Part shown: in pieces, positions 37,463 through 46,754 of the stretch
Numbering within the stretch: position 1 is the first letter of the stretch
Layout of the letters: each line of letters starts with the position of its first letter
Assembly: GCA_001774685.1 (NCBI GenBank)
Contig: MFAS01000001.1
Location: 159,557-223,556, forward strand
DNA from: Candidatus Collierbacteria bacterium RIFOXYD2_FULL_45_13
GTDB taxonomy: Bacteria; Patescibacteriota; Microgenomatia; UBA1400; MFAQ01
Length of the DNA stretch: 64,000 bases
Direction: 5' to 3'
Translations under genes and position numbers: made by a program
The notes under the pieces: generated by a model
What the model was told of the DNA's origin: nothing
What the model saw: the letters and a program-made list of their open reading frames with translations, nothing else
Databases searched by the model: none

Positions 37463-40186
37463 ATGGACGCGGGAAAAATTAAGATTGCTGTCTGGAGCAA
37501 CAACTCGTTTGTGGAGGATTCTTTCGTTGGTCAGACGAGTGTCCTTGAGCTGGATTTTAAAGAGTTCAAAACCACCGTCTCGACACCCTATTTCCTTGCC
37601 ATCATAGACTTGGATAAAAGCCTCTCGAACGTAAGTCAACAACTAATAGACCTGTATTCGTTGGCGCGTGAAAAAGATCAAAAACTGGCCGTCATCCTAC
37701 TTCACGGCGCTGAAGTCGACACCGAAAAAAACCTCTACTTCCAGGAACTACTTGGTAAAATGGGGGGAGATAGGCCTTTACATCGTCTAGTAATCGTTAA
37801 AGATCTCTTTCAGGTTAATCTTCTCTATTCCGAAACCTACCTCGAAAAATATATCTTGGAGGCGATTGCTGATCGAAAAATTATCATATCCGTAAAAGGC
37901 GAAAACACGCTGTTCCCAATATCTTTTTCAGATATAACAAACTGCCTTAAAAAAATTCTTTTTCTTCAGGGTACTGCCGGCAAAACTTTCTGGGTGCTGG
38001 GAGATCCTGTTACCGACCTTGAAATAGCATACCTTATTAAAAAAAATCTTGAGGATACCGAAGGGGCCGAGTTCGAAATTGATGCCACAGGAGAGAACCA
38101 GAAACTCTCTCTAGATCTTAATGCCTTGGGAAATCAGACAAGAGCAATGCTCACCTGGGAGCCCAAAGAGGAGTTCTCGTCAAGTCTCAAGGACGCTGTT
38201 CATCGGCTTTCCGAGGACCGGTCCCTATTGCTTACGAAACTTCATCATAACCAAAAACAGAACGGCTCACCCGCACAAAAAACAATCGAAAAATACTTCC
38301 GGATTTTCACGAAGACCATCCTCACGATAAAACTCAAAAAGAAAGAAATCAAAAACATCGAAACTAGCCGACAACTGCTGCGCAGCCTTTTTGAAAGGCT
38401 ACTAATTTTGGCAACCTCGGTGTATCTAATTCTCACTGTGAGTTTTATTATGTTTACCTCACTCTCTCTGAGATACGTCGAAAAAACCTTATTTGTTATG
38501 AGGAGGGGAGATATTGCCACCTCGGTCAAATATCTCAAACAATCTAGATTCTTTTCCAAAATAGGGGAAGACAGTTACTCTGCCATCTCCCCATTAATCT
38601 CCTTGATAGCAGACGACATCCACGAAAAGAACTACAACCTCTTTATTTTTCTTCATTATTCGCAGTCTAGTCTGGTCAGCCTCCAGCAAACATATCAGTT
38701 AGCCGAAAGTATTTATCGGACCATAGGTGACACTTCGAAAGGTCAGTTTTATATCGATTCCAGTCTTGCGCTGCGCTCAAATCTTAGCCAAGTATATGAA
38801 AATCTGAATCAAATTGAACTGCTTAGCGGACAGGGAAAACTCCCCAAAATACTTCAAGACAAGATAAGCTCTAGTCCGGAATTCAAAAACTTGAAACTGA
38901 TTGAACAACAAATCACTGATCTACTAAAAACTATCGAACTTATTCCGGCCTTTCTGGCGGGGGACTCAGCCAAGAATATTGTCATTCTGTTTCAAAACAG
39001 CCAAGAAATCCGCAGTACTGGAGGAGCCATCGACTATATCTTGGCGCTTGTCCTCGACCAGGGACGTGTTGTGTCCAAAAATATATACCGTAGCGACGAG
39101 ATTGATAAATTGGCCGTGGGTATTATTAGTGCGCCCCCTTTTGTCAGCCAATTTACCGGCCTAAGCGATTGGAAGATGAGAGATCTCAATTACAATCCGG
39201 ACTTTCCCCAGACGGCGACCAACGTCTCTTGGTTTATAGAAAAGACTCTGAAGTTCAAGCCGGACATCATCATGGCCATGAACGACAAACTCATCAGCAG
39301 TTTGCTGATTGAAGACAAGGGGGTTATGTTACAAGGCCAAAATATTACCGCAGACTCGTTCAGACAAGAATTGAGGTCTGTTTCACCCAGCTCTCTTTAC
39401 AGAGACCTTATCAACTATTATCTGGATGGTATTTTCAACCACACCCGAACGCTCGTATCCCTTGGCAGGGTAATTGCCAAGCAGTCGGACGAAAATCAAT
39501 TACTGTTTTGGTCAGCGGACGACAATGTTGAAGAGTCAATAATCACTCAATCCTTTGCTGGCGCGCTCTATCCGCACTCATGTCATGGGGGACTATCAAA
39601 CGTTCGAACCTGCATAGCTCAAACGACCTATTTAAATGAGTCAAACTATTCTCTCTTACCGCTTTCCGACATCCTTGAACGCAAGACTCTACACACGGTC
39701 TGGCTTGAACCGGATATCATCAGGCACGAATATCACCTTCAGTATCAATTCAAGGACAAGATAACCAATCAGAATCGGGACATTAATGAACTCTTTCAAA
39801 TTTATGCTCCACAAAACTCTACGCTGGATCAGGTTCAACTTGACGACAAGATTCTCTCTCTACGCTTGGGCACAGAACAACAAGACAATGACTTGAAAAG
39901 GTTCCAATTTCCCATATCTTTCACCCTCAATCAACCGCATAACCTTATCTTTAGATTTAGTACTCGCCTATCAAACACCAGCCTCCTTCCTTATGCTTAT
40001 TCTCTGACCGAATACCACCAGCCGGGAATTTCCAACCAGTATGCAGAGTTAAACATCAACATCCCGGAAACGGCGAGACCGGCAACAATCACCTCCCCAG
40101 TTAGTACTGGACCAAACAGTTTAAAGCTGGTTATGCCGGCCAAAACAACTACCTTTGGTGTCAGCTTGACAGTTGGAAGTCGGTAA
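37463..40186 (+). CDS. DUF4012-domain membrane protein with N-terminal cytoplasmic domain
   Basis: A central TM helix is followed by AKNIVILFQNSQEIRSTGGAIDYILALVLDQGRVV, the DUF4012 consensus (LllfQNnaElR.tGGfiGsy). The start codon is preceded by TATACTTAATTC. Confidence 0.65.
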   Translation: MDAGKIKIAVWSNNSFVEDSFVGQTSVLELDFKEFKTTVSTPYFLAIIDLDKSLSNVSQQLIDLYSLAREKDQKLAVILLHGAEVDTEKNLYFQELLGKMGGDRPLHRLVIVKDLFQVNLLYSETYLEKYILEAIADRKIIISVKGENTLFPISFSDITNCLKKILFLQGTAGKTFWVLGDPVTDLEIAYLIKKNLEDTEGAEFEIDATGENQKLSLDLNALGNQTRAMLTWEPKEEFSSSLKDAVHRLSEDRSLLLTKLHHNQKQNGSPAQKTIEKYFRIFTKTILTIKLKKKEIKNIETSRQLLRSLFERLLILATSVYLILTVSFIMFTSLSLRYVEKTLFVMRRGDIATSVKYLKQSRFFSKIGEDSYSAISPLISLIADDIHEKNYNLFIFLHYSQSSLVSLQQTYQLAESIYRTIGDTSKGQFYIDSSLALRSNLSQVYENLNQIELLSGQGKLPKILQDKISSSPEFKNLKLIEQQITDLLKTIELIPAFLAGDSAKNIVILFQNSQEIRSTGGAIDYILALVLDQGRVVSKNIYRSDEIDKLAVGIISAPPFVSQFTGLSDWKMRDLNYNPDFPQTATNVSWFIEKTLKFKPDIIMAMNDKLISSLLIEDKGVMLQGQNITADSFRQELRSVSPSSLYRDLINYYLDGIFNHTRTLVSLGRVIAKQSDENQLLFWSADDNVEESIITQSFAGALYPHSCHGGLSNVRTCIAQTTYLNESNYSLLPLSDILERKTLHTVWLEPDIIRHEYHLQYQFKDKITNQNRDINELFQIYAPQNSTLDQVQLDDKILSLRLGTEQQDNDLKRFQFPISFTLNQPHNLIFRFSTRLSNTSLLPYAYSLTEYHQPGISNQYAELNINIPETARPATITSPVSTGPNSLKLVMPAKTTTFGVSLTVGSR

Positions 40187-40225
40187 CGCTTGAGAAGGCA
40201 GGCATTCTAAGATACAATACCACTC

Positions 40226-40903
40226 ATGAACAAATATGTATTAAAGGCCGAAAAACGAATTTTAACAGGCAGCAAGGTAAAGAAGCTCAGACGACAGGGA
40301 GTCATTCCTGCCAACGTCTTTGGCCACACCATCAAAAGCCAGGCAATTCAAGTTTCCGAGGTCGAATTCAGTCGTGTTTACAAAGATGCAGGAGAGACCA
40401 GTCTTATCTGGCTTAAAGTCGAAGGTGAAGATAAAGAAAGGCCTACACTCATTAAAGCCTTAACCAACAACCCTACAACCGGTAAGAGGTATCATGTTGA
40501 TTTCCACCAGGTTAATCTGAAGGAAAAAGTCTCCGCCAATGTGCCTGTAGAAATCACTGGTGAAGCTCAAATGGTTAAAGATGGTTTGGCCGTACTGGAT
40601 ATCAACTTGCATGAAATTGAAGTTGAGGCTCTGCCTACCGATATTCCCGAAAGTGTCATTTTCGACATATCTACTCTCAAGGAAATCGGTGACAATCTTA
40701 AGCTTTCGGATGTTAAGATCCCGGCAGAGGTCTCCGTGTTGACCGACTTAGAGACAATTATCGTCGCTCTAGGTGCTCCTCAGAAGGAAGAAGCTCTGCT
40801 GGTTGAAGAAGTCCCGGCAGAGGCTGAGGTTACCGGTACTGTACCAACCGAAGGCGAAGCTACCGCAGGCGAGAAGCCAGCTGAGACTCCAAAGGCCGAA
40901 TAA
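40226..40903 (+). CDS. rplY: 50S ribosomal protein L25 / general stress protein Ctc
   Basis: MNKYVLKAEKRILTGSKVKKLRRQGVIPANVFGH is the L25 N-terminus. Acidic C-terminal extension as in Ctc. Confidence 0.8.
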   Translation: MNKYVLKAEKRILTGSKVKKLRRQGVIPANVFGHTIKSQAIQVSEVEFSRVYKDAGETSLIWLKVEGEDKERPTLIKALTNNPTTGKRYHVDFHQVNLKEKVSANVPVEITGEAQMVKDGLAVLDINLHEIEVEALPTDIPESVIFDISTLKEIGDNLKLSDVKIPAEVSVLTDLETIIVALGAPQKEEALLVEEVPAEAEVTGTVPTEGEATAGEKPAETPKAE

Positions 40904-41015
40904 TTCATTGCCATTGCCCGCCTAGCCCAGTCACCGGCTCCGGTCAAACTTGACACAGCATATTCTCGATCCTATAATACCCAACTGTAAGGCCACTTTA
41001 ACTAAAGGAGTTGAA

Positions 41016-41210
41016 ATGACAGCGAATTCTGGGAATAATATGCTTCGGAAAATCGTGATCGTTGTAATGTCCTTAATTGCCTCGATCTATGTGGGGTGGT
41101 TACTTTCCCACTGGGGAATCATATTCGGAATCGTTGTTGGGGGTGCTCTCTTTGTCATCTCCGTCTACTCCGGAATGAAAAACCCAAACAGTTTTTTCAA
41201 ACAGTGGTAA
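41016..41210 (+). CDS. small membrane protein (64 aa, 2 TM)
   Basis: Strong SD AAGGAG 5 nt upstream of the ATG at 41016. Two hydrophobic helices. Confidence 0.4.
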   Translation: MTANSGNNMLRKIVIVVMSLIASIYVGWLLSHWGIIFGIVVGGALFVISVYSGMKNPNSFFKQW

Positions 41211-41228
41211 ACCAAACTCCCCGCACAG

Positions 41229-41258
41229 AACCGTCCTTTAAAAAGGGGCGGTTTTTAT
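41229..41258. terminator. candidate bidirectional terminator between convergent genes
   Basis: accgtccttt-aaaa-aggggcggt forms a bulged stem followed by TTTTTATTTTT. Confidence 0.35.
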
Positions 41259-41270
41259 TTTTAAAAATAA

Positions 41271-43343
41271 CTACCACTTTTCAGAGATAAGTAACTTTTG
41301 ATTTGAATACACCTCTTTCCATACCGCTTCCGTTACAAAGGGGACAAAAGGATGAAGCATTACCAAAAATGATTTGAACCCATCCTTTAGAACCTCATCG
41401 CTTATCTTTCCTTGCTTGTTCTCTTCTATCTGCACATCACAGAACCAGTGCCAAAATTCATTATAGACATACTCCGCCGCCAGACCGACCCGGTTCTCCT
41501 CTAGCAGTCTCGTCAATTCCTGCCTTACCTCTTGAATTTTCATCCTAAAATCATCGTCTCGTTCATTGTTTCCTGCCTTAAGTTCTTGAGTTATTGATGT
41601 TTTGAGATCTTGAACATATCGTCCCGCATTCCAAATTTTATTTGCAAAATTTCTCATTCCTCTTACCTTATTTTCTCCGGTGTTACTATCTTGTCCTGCT
41701 GTAGTACTCATCACCAGAGCCATTCTCAGGGAATCTGCTCCATATTTTTCAACCAGCTCCAGGGGGTTAATCACGTTTCCTATACTCTTGCTCATTTTTC
41801 TGCCCTGTTCATCTCTTACCAATCCATGTAAATACACTGTTTTGAATGGGGATTTCCCTGTCATATAAATCCCCAACATCATCATTCTCATTACCCAGAA
41901 GGGGAGAATGTCATAAGCTGTTTCCATGACCGTTGTTGGATAGAAAGCTTCAAAATCACCCGGCTTACCCGTTTCTAATGTGACTACCGGCCACTGGCCG
42001 GAAGAAAACCAGGTATCAAACGTGTCCGTTTCTTGTACCCACCCATCGCCTGGGCTCGTCTCACTCACTACGTAATCATCGTTTTGAGTTTTATACCACA
42101 CCGGCATTCTTATTCCCCAAACAATCTGCCGGCTGATATTCCAGTCTCTTAGGTTTGTCAACCAATGCCGCAGTATCTTATCGTGGCCTGATCCCAAAAT
42201 CACCGTTTCCCCTGAGTCTAATGCTGCAAGCGCTTTGTCGGCCAATGTTTTTACTTTTACAAAAAATTGTTTCATTGGCAGAGGCTCAATTGCTCGATGA
42301 CATCGATAACAAGTACCCACACTGTGCAGGTATGGTTTTGTTTCCAACAAGGCTTCTCCCAAATCACTCGCGACTTTCTCTCTGGCCTCTGCCACACTCA
42401 ATCCTTCATATTTCCCGGCGTTCTTAGTCATCTTGCCGTTGGTCCCAATTATCTGATGATCCCTCACTATTTCATCCATATTCCACCCTTGTCGTACCGC
42501 CACTTCCCAATCATTGTTGTCATGTGCCGGAGTAATTTTTACCGCCCCGGTTCCAAACTCCATATCCACCATTGAGTCTCCGACAATTGGGATCTCTCTA
42601 CCTACCAAAGGCAAGATAACTTTCTGACCGATTAGGTGTTTGTATCTTAAGTCCTCTGGATTAACGGCCACGGCTACATCTCCGAGCATTGTCTCTGGTC
42701 TCGTTGTCGCTACTACTATTTGTCCATAGCGGATCATATACAGCTTGTCTTCTTTGTCCTCATGATCAACTTCCAGCTCGGAATAAGCGGTTCCACATTT
42801 GGTACAGTAATTTACTAGTTTTACACTTCTGTAAACCAATCCTTCTTCATGAAGTTTGAAGAAATTCTTTTTTACCTCTTTCACAATTTCCGGGTCAAGT
42901 GTAAATTTGTATCTACTCCAGTCTGCGCTTGCACCCAATCTCTTCATCTGATCAATGGCGACACCGGAGTTCTCGTGTACATAATCCCAGATCATCTGAT
43001 AAAGGGTTTCTCGGTCAAAATCAAACCTGCTCTTACCCCGTTTTGTCAGTTTCTTTTCAAATACAAACTGGGTTTCGATTCCTGCGTGGTCTGTACCGGG
43101 TAACCAGAGAACAGCCTCACCCTTCATTCGGTGAAATCTGACAAATATATCTTCAATCGTTACAAACATTGCATGCCCCACGTGCAATGGATCGTTAGCG
43201 TTCGGGGGCGGCATGATAATTGTAAAAGTCTTCCGTCCTGTCTTCGCCACGTCGTCTCCGGCTAGAGGAGTAAAGACCCCACTATTCTCCCATTCCGTGT
43301 AGATTTTTGTCTCGCTGTCTTTGTGATTATAATTTTTATCCAT
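41271..43343 (-). CDS. valS: valyl-tRNA synthetase (short form lacking C-terminal coiled-coil)
   Basis: HIGH motif PPPNANDPLHVGHA and KMSKS motif GRKMSKSIGNVI. TWFSSGQWP...FYPTTVMETAYDILPFWVMRMMM is ValS-type. Confidence 0.85.
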   Translation of the reverse strand: MDKNYNHKDSETKIYTEWENSGVFTPLAGDDVAKTGRKTFTIIMPPPNANDPLHVGHAMFVTIEDIFVRFHRMKGEAVLWLPGTDHAGIETQFVFEKKLTKRGKSRFDFDRETLYQMIWDYVHENSGVAIDQMKRLGASADWSRYKFTLDPEIVKEVKKNFFKLHEEGLVYRSVKLVNYCTKCGTAYSELEVDHEDKEDKLYMIRYGQIVVATTRPETMLGDVAVAVNPEDLRYKHLIGQKVILPLVGREIPIVGDSMVDMEFGTGAVKITPAHDNNDWEVAVRQGWNMDEIVRDHQIIGTNGKMTKNAGKYEGLSVAEAREKVASDLGEALLETKPYLHSVGTCYRCHRAIEPLPMKQFFVKVKTLADKALAALDSGETVILGSGHDKILRHWLTNLRDWNISRQIVWGIRMPVWYKTQNDDYVVSETSPGDGWVQETDTFDTWFSSGQWPVVTLETGKPGDFEAFYPTTVMETAYDILPFWVMRMMMLGIYMTGKSPFKTVYLHGLVRDEQGRKMSKSIGNVINPLELVEKYGADSLRMALVMSTTAGQDSNTGENKVRGMRNFANKIWNAGRYVQDLKTSITQELKAGNNERDDDFRMKIQEVRQELTRLLEENRVGLAAEYVYNEFWHWFCDVQIEENKQGKISDEVLKDGFKSFLVMLHPFVPFVTEAVWKEVYSNQKLLISEKW

Positions 43344-43352
43344 AAAAGGTTT

Positions 43353-43390
43353 GTCATTGCGAAGTCATCTAAGGCGACTGTGGCAATCTA
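43353..43390. repeat. structured dispersed repeat, copy 3 (valS 5' leader)
   Basis: gtcattgcgaa-gtcatctaaggcgact-gtggcaatct. Confidence 0.4.
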
Positions 43391-43394
43391 TATA

Positions 43395-43797
43395 AATAAT
43401 ATCTTAAAAAACCCTCATCAATCTCCCTTCTGGGGGACTGACGAGGGCCTTTTGGGCGGTACCACCTCGCATTCTACTCTTTAACTTCTAGCTCACGGTT
43501 GACAACTCCGATCATCGCTCTCTTTGTTAATTCTATCATGGATTTGTTAAAGCCAAAAAAAGTCCGCTGGCTCAGTAGCGGACAATAAATCACCGGATGG
43601 TTCGAGGAGAGGGATGTGTCCTCGCTATCCTGTGTGTTTTAGCTTGAGCCCAATGCTTGAGAGTTTCTGGATCACTAAGTTTCTTTACTCTTCTCTCCAG
43701 ATTCTTCTTCTAACCGTGATTGACGGCCACTCAAACATCCGCACGGAGCCTTCGTAGCCTTACGGCCAGTATTCTCCTCGACGTGACTAACTTCAAG
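43395..43797 (-). promoter_or_regulatory. T-box riboswitch leader of valS
   Basis: On the minus strand:
- GAATGCGAGGTGGTACCGCCC matches the T-box core (AAUUAGGGUGGUACCGCG).
- A terminator hairpin ccctcgtcagtcccccagaagggagattgatgaggg + TTTTTT (43405..43446) follows it.
- The leader is about 400 nt and ORF-free, and runs into the aaRS gene.
- Purine-rich agaagaagaatctggagagaagagtaaag is Stem-I-like. Confidence 0.55.
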
Positions 43798-43803
43798 TCT
43801 CAT

Positions 43804-43832
43804 AGTATACACCAAAGGCTCTAATTTGTCAA
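43804..43832 (-). promoter_or_regulatory. sigma70-type promoter driving the valS T-box leader
   Basis: Minus-strand TTGACA - 17 nt - TATACT. Confidence 0.5.
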
Positions 43833-43850
43833 GTAGTTTCACAATCAAGC

Positions 43851-44921
43851 CTACACTACAGCCAGGCTTGGATCTGGCCTTAAATCCATCTCAGATTCTT
43901 CAGGTCGCAGTAAGGCTGAAGCTCCTACCATGGCAGCATTGTCTCCACAATATTTAAGTTCAGGCACGAAGAATGACAATCCAGCCATTGCAATCTCTTG
44001 TCTCAGAGTCTCCCGCAACTTTTTGTTTGCCGCAACTCCGCCGGCCAAAAGGACGCTTTTAGGCTTAAATTGTTCCACTGCTAGCATTGTTTTCTTCACT
44101 AAGACCTCCGACACCGCCTGGCTAAACTCCCTCGCCACCAAATTTCTAAAACTTTCCTCCGATATCTGAGGATTGGCTTCTGAGAACTGACTTCGGTTTT
44201 CCACCATCCTAGCCACCGCGGCTTTTATTCCGGAGAAGCTCATCTCAAGTCTTGGATCATGGATCAATGGTCTGGGAAGCTTGAATAGATTCTTGTATTT
44301 ATCCCATTCTTCATTTGTTACCTTATTCGCTGCCCTATCTATTTCCGGCCCTCCCGGATAGGGGAGTCCGAGAATCCTCGCCGCTTTATCAAATGCTTCT
44401 CCCGCCGCATCATCCCTTGTTCCGCCAATCCATGTCCATTTTGTTAGGCTCTCCATAAGAATTAAATCGGTATGTCCTCCACTTACTACCAAACCTACCG
44501 CCGGCAATTTCGGCACCCCAGTGCTTTGAGTTTTTGAGTTTTCGATTTTTTGAGTTTTTTCAACTATCCAATTCGCCATTACATGCGCCGCCATGTGGTT
44601 GACTTTTAATAGTGGTTTTTTCCACACCCAAGCTAGAACTTTCGCGGATTCGACGCCTACCAGCAGACTCCCCATGAGCCCGGGGCCATAGCTTACCGCC
44701 ACCGCGTCGATATTTTCACCGTTCATTGCCTCAGTTATTACGGGAATAATACTCTTGATCTGTTCCCTAGCCGCCACCTCAGGCACGATACCTCCATATT
44801 TTTCGTGCATTTCCACTGAGCTGGCCACCACACTATTTATTACTCTGACTCCCTCGCCAAAGTTTTCCACTACAGCCGCCGCTGTTTCGTCACACGTGCT
44901 TTCAATCGCCAACATCTTCAT
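43851..44921 (-). CDS. tsaD: tRNA N6-adenosine threonylcarbamoyltransferase TsaD (Kae1/Gcp family)
   Basis: MKMLAIESTCDETAAAV ... LVVSGGHTDL ... GGVAANKKLR. It contains a low-complexity insertion KTQKIENSKTQSTG encoded by the TTGAGTT repeat at 44524..44561. Confidence 0.85.
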   Translation of the reverse strand: MKMLAIESTCDETAAAVVENFGEGVRVINSVVASSVEMHEKYGGIVPEVAAREQIKSIIPVITEAMNGENIDAVAVSYGPGLMGSLLVGVESAKVLAWVWKKPLLKVNHMAAHVMANWIVEKTQKIENSKTQSTGVPKLPAVGLVVSGGHTDLILMESLTKWTWIGGTRDDAAGEAFDKAARILGLPYPGGPEIDRAANKVTNEEWDKYKNLFKLPRPLIHDPRLEMSFSGIKAAVARMVENRSQFSEANPQISEESFRNLVAREFSQAVSEVLVKKTMLAVEQFKPKSVLLAGGVAANKKLRETLRQEIAMAGLSFFVPELKYCGDNAAMVGASALLRPEESEMDLRPDPSLAVV

Positions 44922-44974
44922 CCTTATATTCTAATCTGAGAACTGACATCCTGCCTGCCCGCCTAATTGTGCAA

Positions 44975-46690
44975 CTATTGGCGGGTTCCTTTTAGATATA
45001 TTGCCTGCCATGGCTGATAGTTGCTCACAAAAGTTTTTTCGTAAATAGTTTCTCCTCCTCTTACCACAGAATAATTAAAGACCACTTTGGCACCCCAAGC
45101 CGACCAATCAATTTGTTTCATAGTGCCTAGTGGTAAGGTGGGATCATCTACATACATCGTAGCTGGTGGTGGTGTCTGGTTCGATATTTGCGGTTTCGAA
45201 ATCGTCGCTTTCCTGCCGTCGCTGGTTCCATAAATATCCACCTGCATCGATAAGCTCTTCGTGTCAACAGTTTCTTGGATCAATATGTAGTGACCGGTAT
45301 CATTCAGAAATTTTAGATCTGCCGTCGGGTAATACACTGTAGCATCAATTCCCGGTGGGCTGTCCTGCTCATAATAGCCAACCCGATACGCATGCGCCTT
45401 TCTCTCCGTAATTGGCAAACCGGCATCTAGCGCCGCCCTGAAAGTCGTGGTGGATACTTGGCAAACCCCACCACCGTCGCCAAGGACAGTTCTGCCCTGA
45501 CTGATGATATATGCTGTTTGATATCCGGTAGCTCTCGAAATGTCTCCCACTGCAGCAACGAAGGAGAACTCTTCTCCAGGGGCCACCAATGTCCCGTTTA
45601 TTCTTGATGCAGCCAAGTTCACATTAAAGACTCTGCCTGGTATCGAGTGGAAAAAGGTTGACTTTCCGGTGCCAATTAACTCTTTAATTCCCAAGTTATT
45701 AATATCACCGGTTTTAATCTTTGGATAAGTTAGGATTACCGGAATATCCAAGGCCTTGTCTTCTGCTGACAGGAGAGATTGTGCCAGTTTTGTCCTGAAC
45801 TGCGGGATGTCTATCGTGGCTCCAACAATCTCCGGTTGAAATTCGTTAACTTTGTTATTCTCAAAAACGAAAACAGCGTCTCTCGGCTCAACTTCCACAG
45901 AAGGCTTGATTTCATTTACTAAGGATTCGAATCTGCCATTCTCAATTTGCTCGTTTATGAGTCCAAACAAGGGGGACATCTCGTCGGCACTTAATCGTTT
46001 CTCAAAACCCCTGAAACGAATTATCAATTTGTTACTGCCCCATTTCTCTAAGCTTTGTATGGCAGCATTAACCAAGTCACCATTTTCCTTCGTTTCGACC
46101 AAGTTGGTTGGTACTTGTATTACATGGTTACCAGGCCTACCAAATTGCTTAACAATTTCCCCAATTAAATCATTTTGTTTGACCTCGACGCCGTTTTTAC
46201 CGGAAACAAGTATATATTTATCGTTTTCTTTTCGTAACTCTGGCCATATCGGTTTTTGATTCAACTTTTCGGAAATCTGTTCGGTCAGACCCAGAATATC
46301 ATCCTTGTCGTAACTTACCGGAACATCAATATCCCGACCGAATATAATTGCTCTCGAGCCTTCAGTGATCTGGGTCAAAACATTTCCGTTTCTCCCCACC
46401 CCCATGGCCTGATCGACTGCCCAAACCAGATCGTACTCGACTCTTATTCCGGCTAATTTTGATACAATCTTACCGTCAGATTCTAAAGTAACCTTGCTTG
46501 GATCACTTTCAAAATATGAGGTTATTAGTTTTAGTGCCGTCGGCTTATCCATTCCGGTCATATCTACCCCGGCAATGTTTACTTTTGGGAAAATCAACTT
46601 CCTAAAAGCCAGCCTAAAACCGCCATAGACAGTAATTGTCATCAGCAGAATTATCGTCAGTGTGCCCAAAAGGTATTTTAATTTTTCCAT
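44975..46690 (-). CDS. VanW-family protein with N-terminal TM anchor
   Basis: GRTVLGDGGGVCQVSTTTFRAALDAGLPITERKAHAYRVGYY...GIDATVYYP is the VanW domain signature. Confidence 0.7.
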   Translation of the reverse strand: MEKLKYLLGTLTIILLMTITVYGGFRLAFRKLIFPKVNIAGVDMTGMDKPTALKLITSYFESDPSKVTLESDGKIVSKLAGIRVEYDLVWAVDQAMGVGRNGNVLTQITEGSRAIIFGRDIDVPVSYDKDDILGLTEQISEKLNQKPIWPELRKENDKYILVSGKNGVEVKQNDLIGEIVKQFGRPGNHVIQVPTNLVETKENGDLVNAAIQSLEKWGSNKLIIRFRGFEKRLSADEMSPLFGLINEQIENGRFESLVNEIKPSVEVEPRDAVFVFENNKVNEFQPEIVGATIDIPQFRTKLAQSLLSAEDKALDIPVILTYPKIKTGDINNLGIKELIGTGKSTFFHSIPGRVFNVNLAASRINGTLVAPGEEFSFVAAVGDISRATGYQTAYIISQGRTVLGDGGGVCQVSTTTFRAALDAGLPITERKAHAYRVGYYEQDSPPGIDATVYYPTADLKFLNDTGHYILIQETVDTKSLSMQVDIYGTSDGRKATISKPQISNQTPPPATMYVDDPTLPLGTMKQIDWSAWGAKVVFNYSVVRGGETIYEKTFVSNYQPWQAIYLKGTRQ

Positions 46691-46754
46691 TCTTGATATA
46701 CTTTAACTGTAATCGGATGTCCCGTTTATATATTCTAACTTGACTACTTAATTT

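Noticed and set aside
43400-43850. Possibility that the ORF-free region upstream of valS is RNase P RNA or SRP RNA
   Set aside because: I could not find the P4 motifs (AGGAAAGTCCGGGC / ACAGAAYCCGGCTTA) or the SRP domain IV motif on either strand. The region instead contains a T-box core sequence and terminator in the right position relative to an aaRS gene.
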